The notes under the pieces are model-generated. The model searched no databases, was not told the origin of the DNA, and saw only the letters and a list, made by a program, of their open reading frames with translations. A DNA stretch of 64,000 nt from Octopus sinensis (lineage: Eukaryota): contig NC_043011.1 of NCBI RefSeq assembly GCF_006345805.1, positions 20,782,464-20,846,463 on the forward strand, given 5' to 3'. Position 1 is the first letter of the stretch; each line of letters opens with the position of its first letter. Below, in pieces: positions 63,425-64,000 of the stretch. The translations under genes and the position numbers were made by a program.

Positions 63425-63830
63425 TCTTACTCTTTGCTCTTTTACTTGTTTCAGTCATTTGACTGCGGCCATGCTGGAGCACCGCCTTTAGTCTAGCAAA
63501 TCGACCCCAGGACTTATTCTTTGTAAGCCTAGTACTTATTCTTTCGGTCTCTTTTGCTGAACGGCTAAGTTACGGCGACGTAAACACACCAGCATCAGTT
63601 GTCAATTGATGTTGGGGGAACAAACACACACACATACACATATATATATATATATATATGTATATACATACGACGGGCTTCTTTCAGTTTCTGTGTACCA
63701 AATCCACTCACAAGGCTTTGGTCAGCCCGAGGCTATTGTAGAAGACACTTGCCCAAGGTGCCACGCAGTGGGACTGAACCCGGAACCATGTGGTTGGTAA
63801 GCAAGCTACTTACCACACAGCCACTCCTAT
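63425..63830 (-). mobile_element. SINE1
   Basis: Full family match, reverse orientation. Confidence 0.85.
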
Positions 63831-64000
63831 GCCTAATGTTATTGACAGTAAGTTCAAAGTTTCAACAAGTTAAGCCATCGTCAGATTGCAATGAACTGAA
63901 GTTAATCTTGGTTTTATTTAATCTCTGTTGAGTTAAAATTGTAGTGATGCTGCTGTGTAAGGTTCAGCGCACATGCGCAGAATGGGATTACTTCCGGTTG

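Overview
AT-rich, microsatellite-laden eukaryotic DNA, most likely from an octopus or other coleoid cephalopod. This is inferred from the tRNA-headed SINE families, which resemble the octopus OR/OK SINEs as I recall them; no search was run. The only convincing host coding sequence is a + strand NHL-repeat beta-propeller exon (59684-60828), probably a terminal exon; a few weaker candidate exons lie upstream. The rest is a dense TE mosaic: about 20 copies of a CORE-like SINE, three other SINE families, LINE relics (RTE, RTE-BovB, CR1, Tx1/L1, R4/Dong, CRE-like, jockey/I-like), a Gypsy integrase, Helitron pieces, a mariner, a full-length maT-like element and a GG-terminated MITE with 8-bp TSDs. 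Most ORF-track entries are microsatellite or SINE artefacts. The main unexpected signal is about 18 minimal type I hammerhead ribozyme motifs from several unrelated sequence families, about 8 with intact CUGANGA/GAAA/NUH cores. Many have a self-complementary stem III. They sit in short non-coding AT-rich units next to (TA)n, several arranged as 355-560 nt partial tandem or inverted repeats. This fits Penelope-like pLTR relics or non-LTR retrozymes. Some near-identical tandem and fold-back copies could be long-read assembly artefacts.
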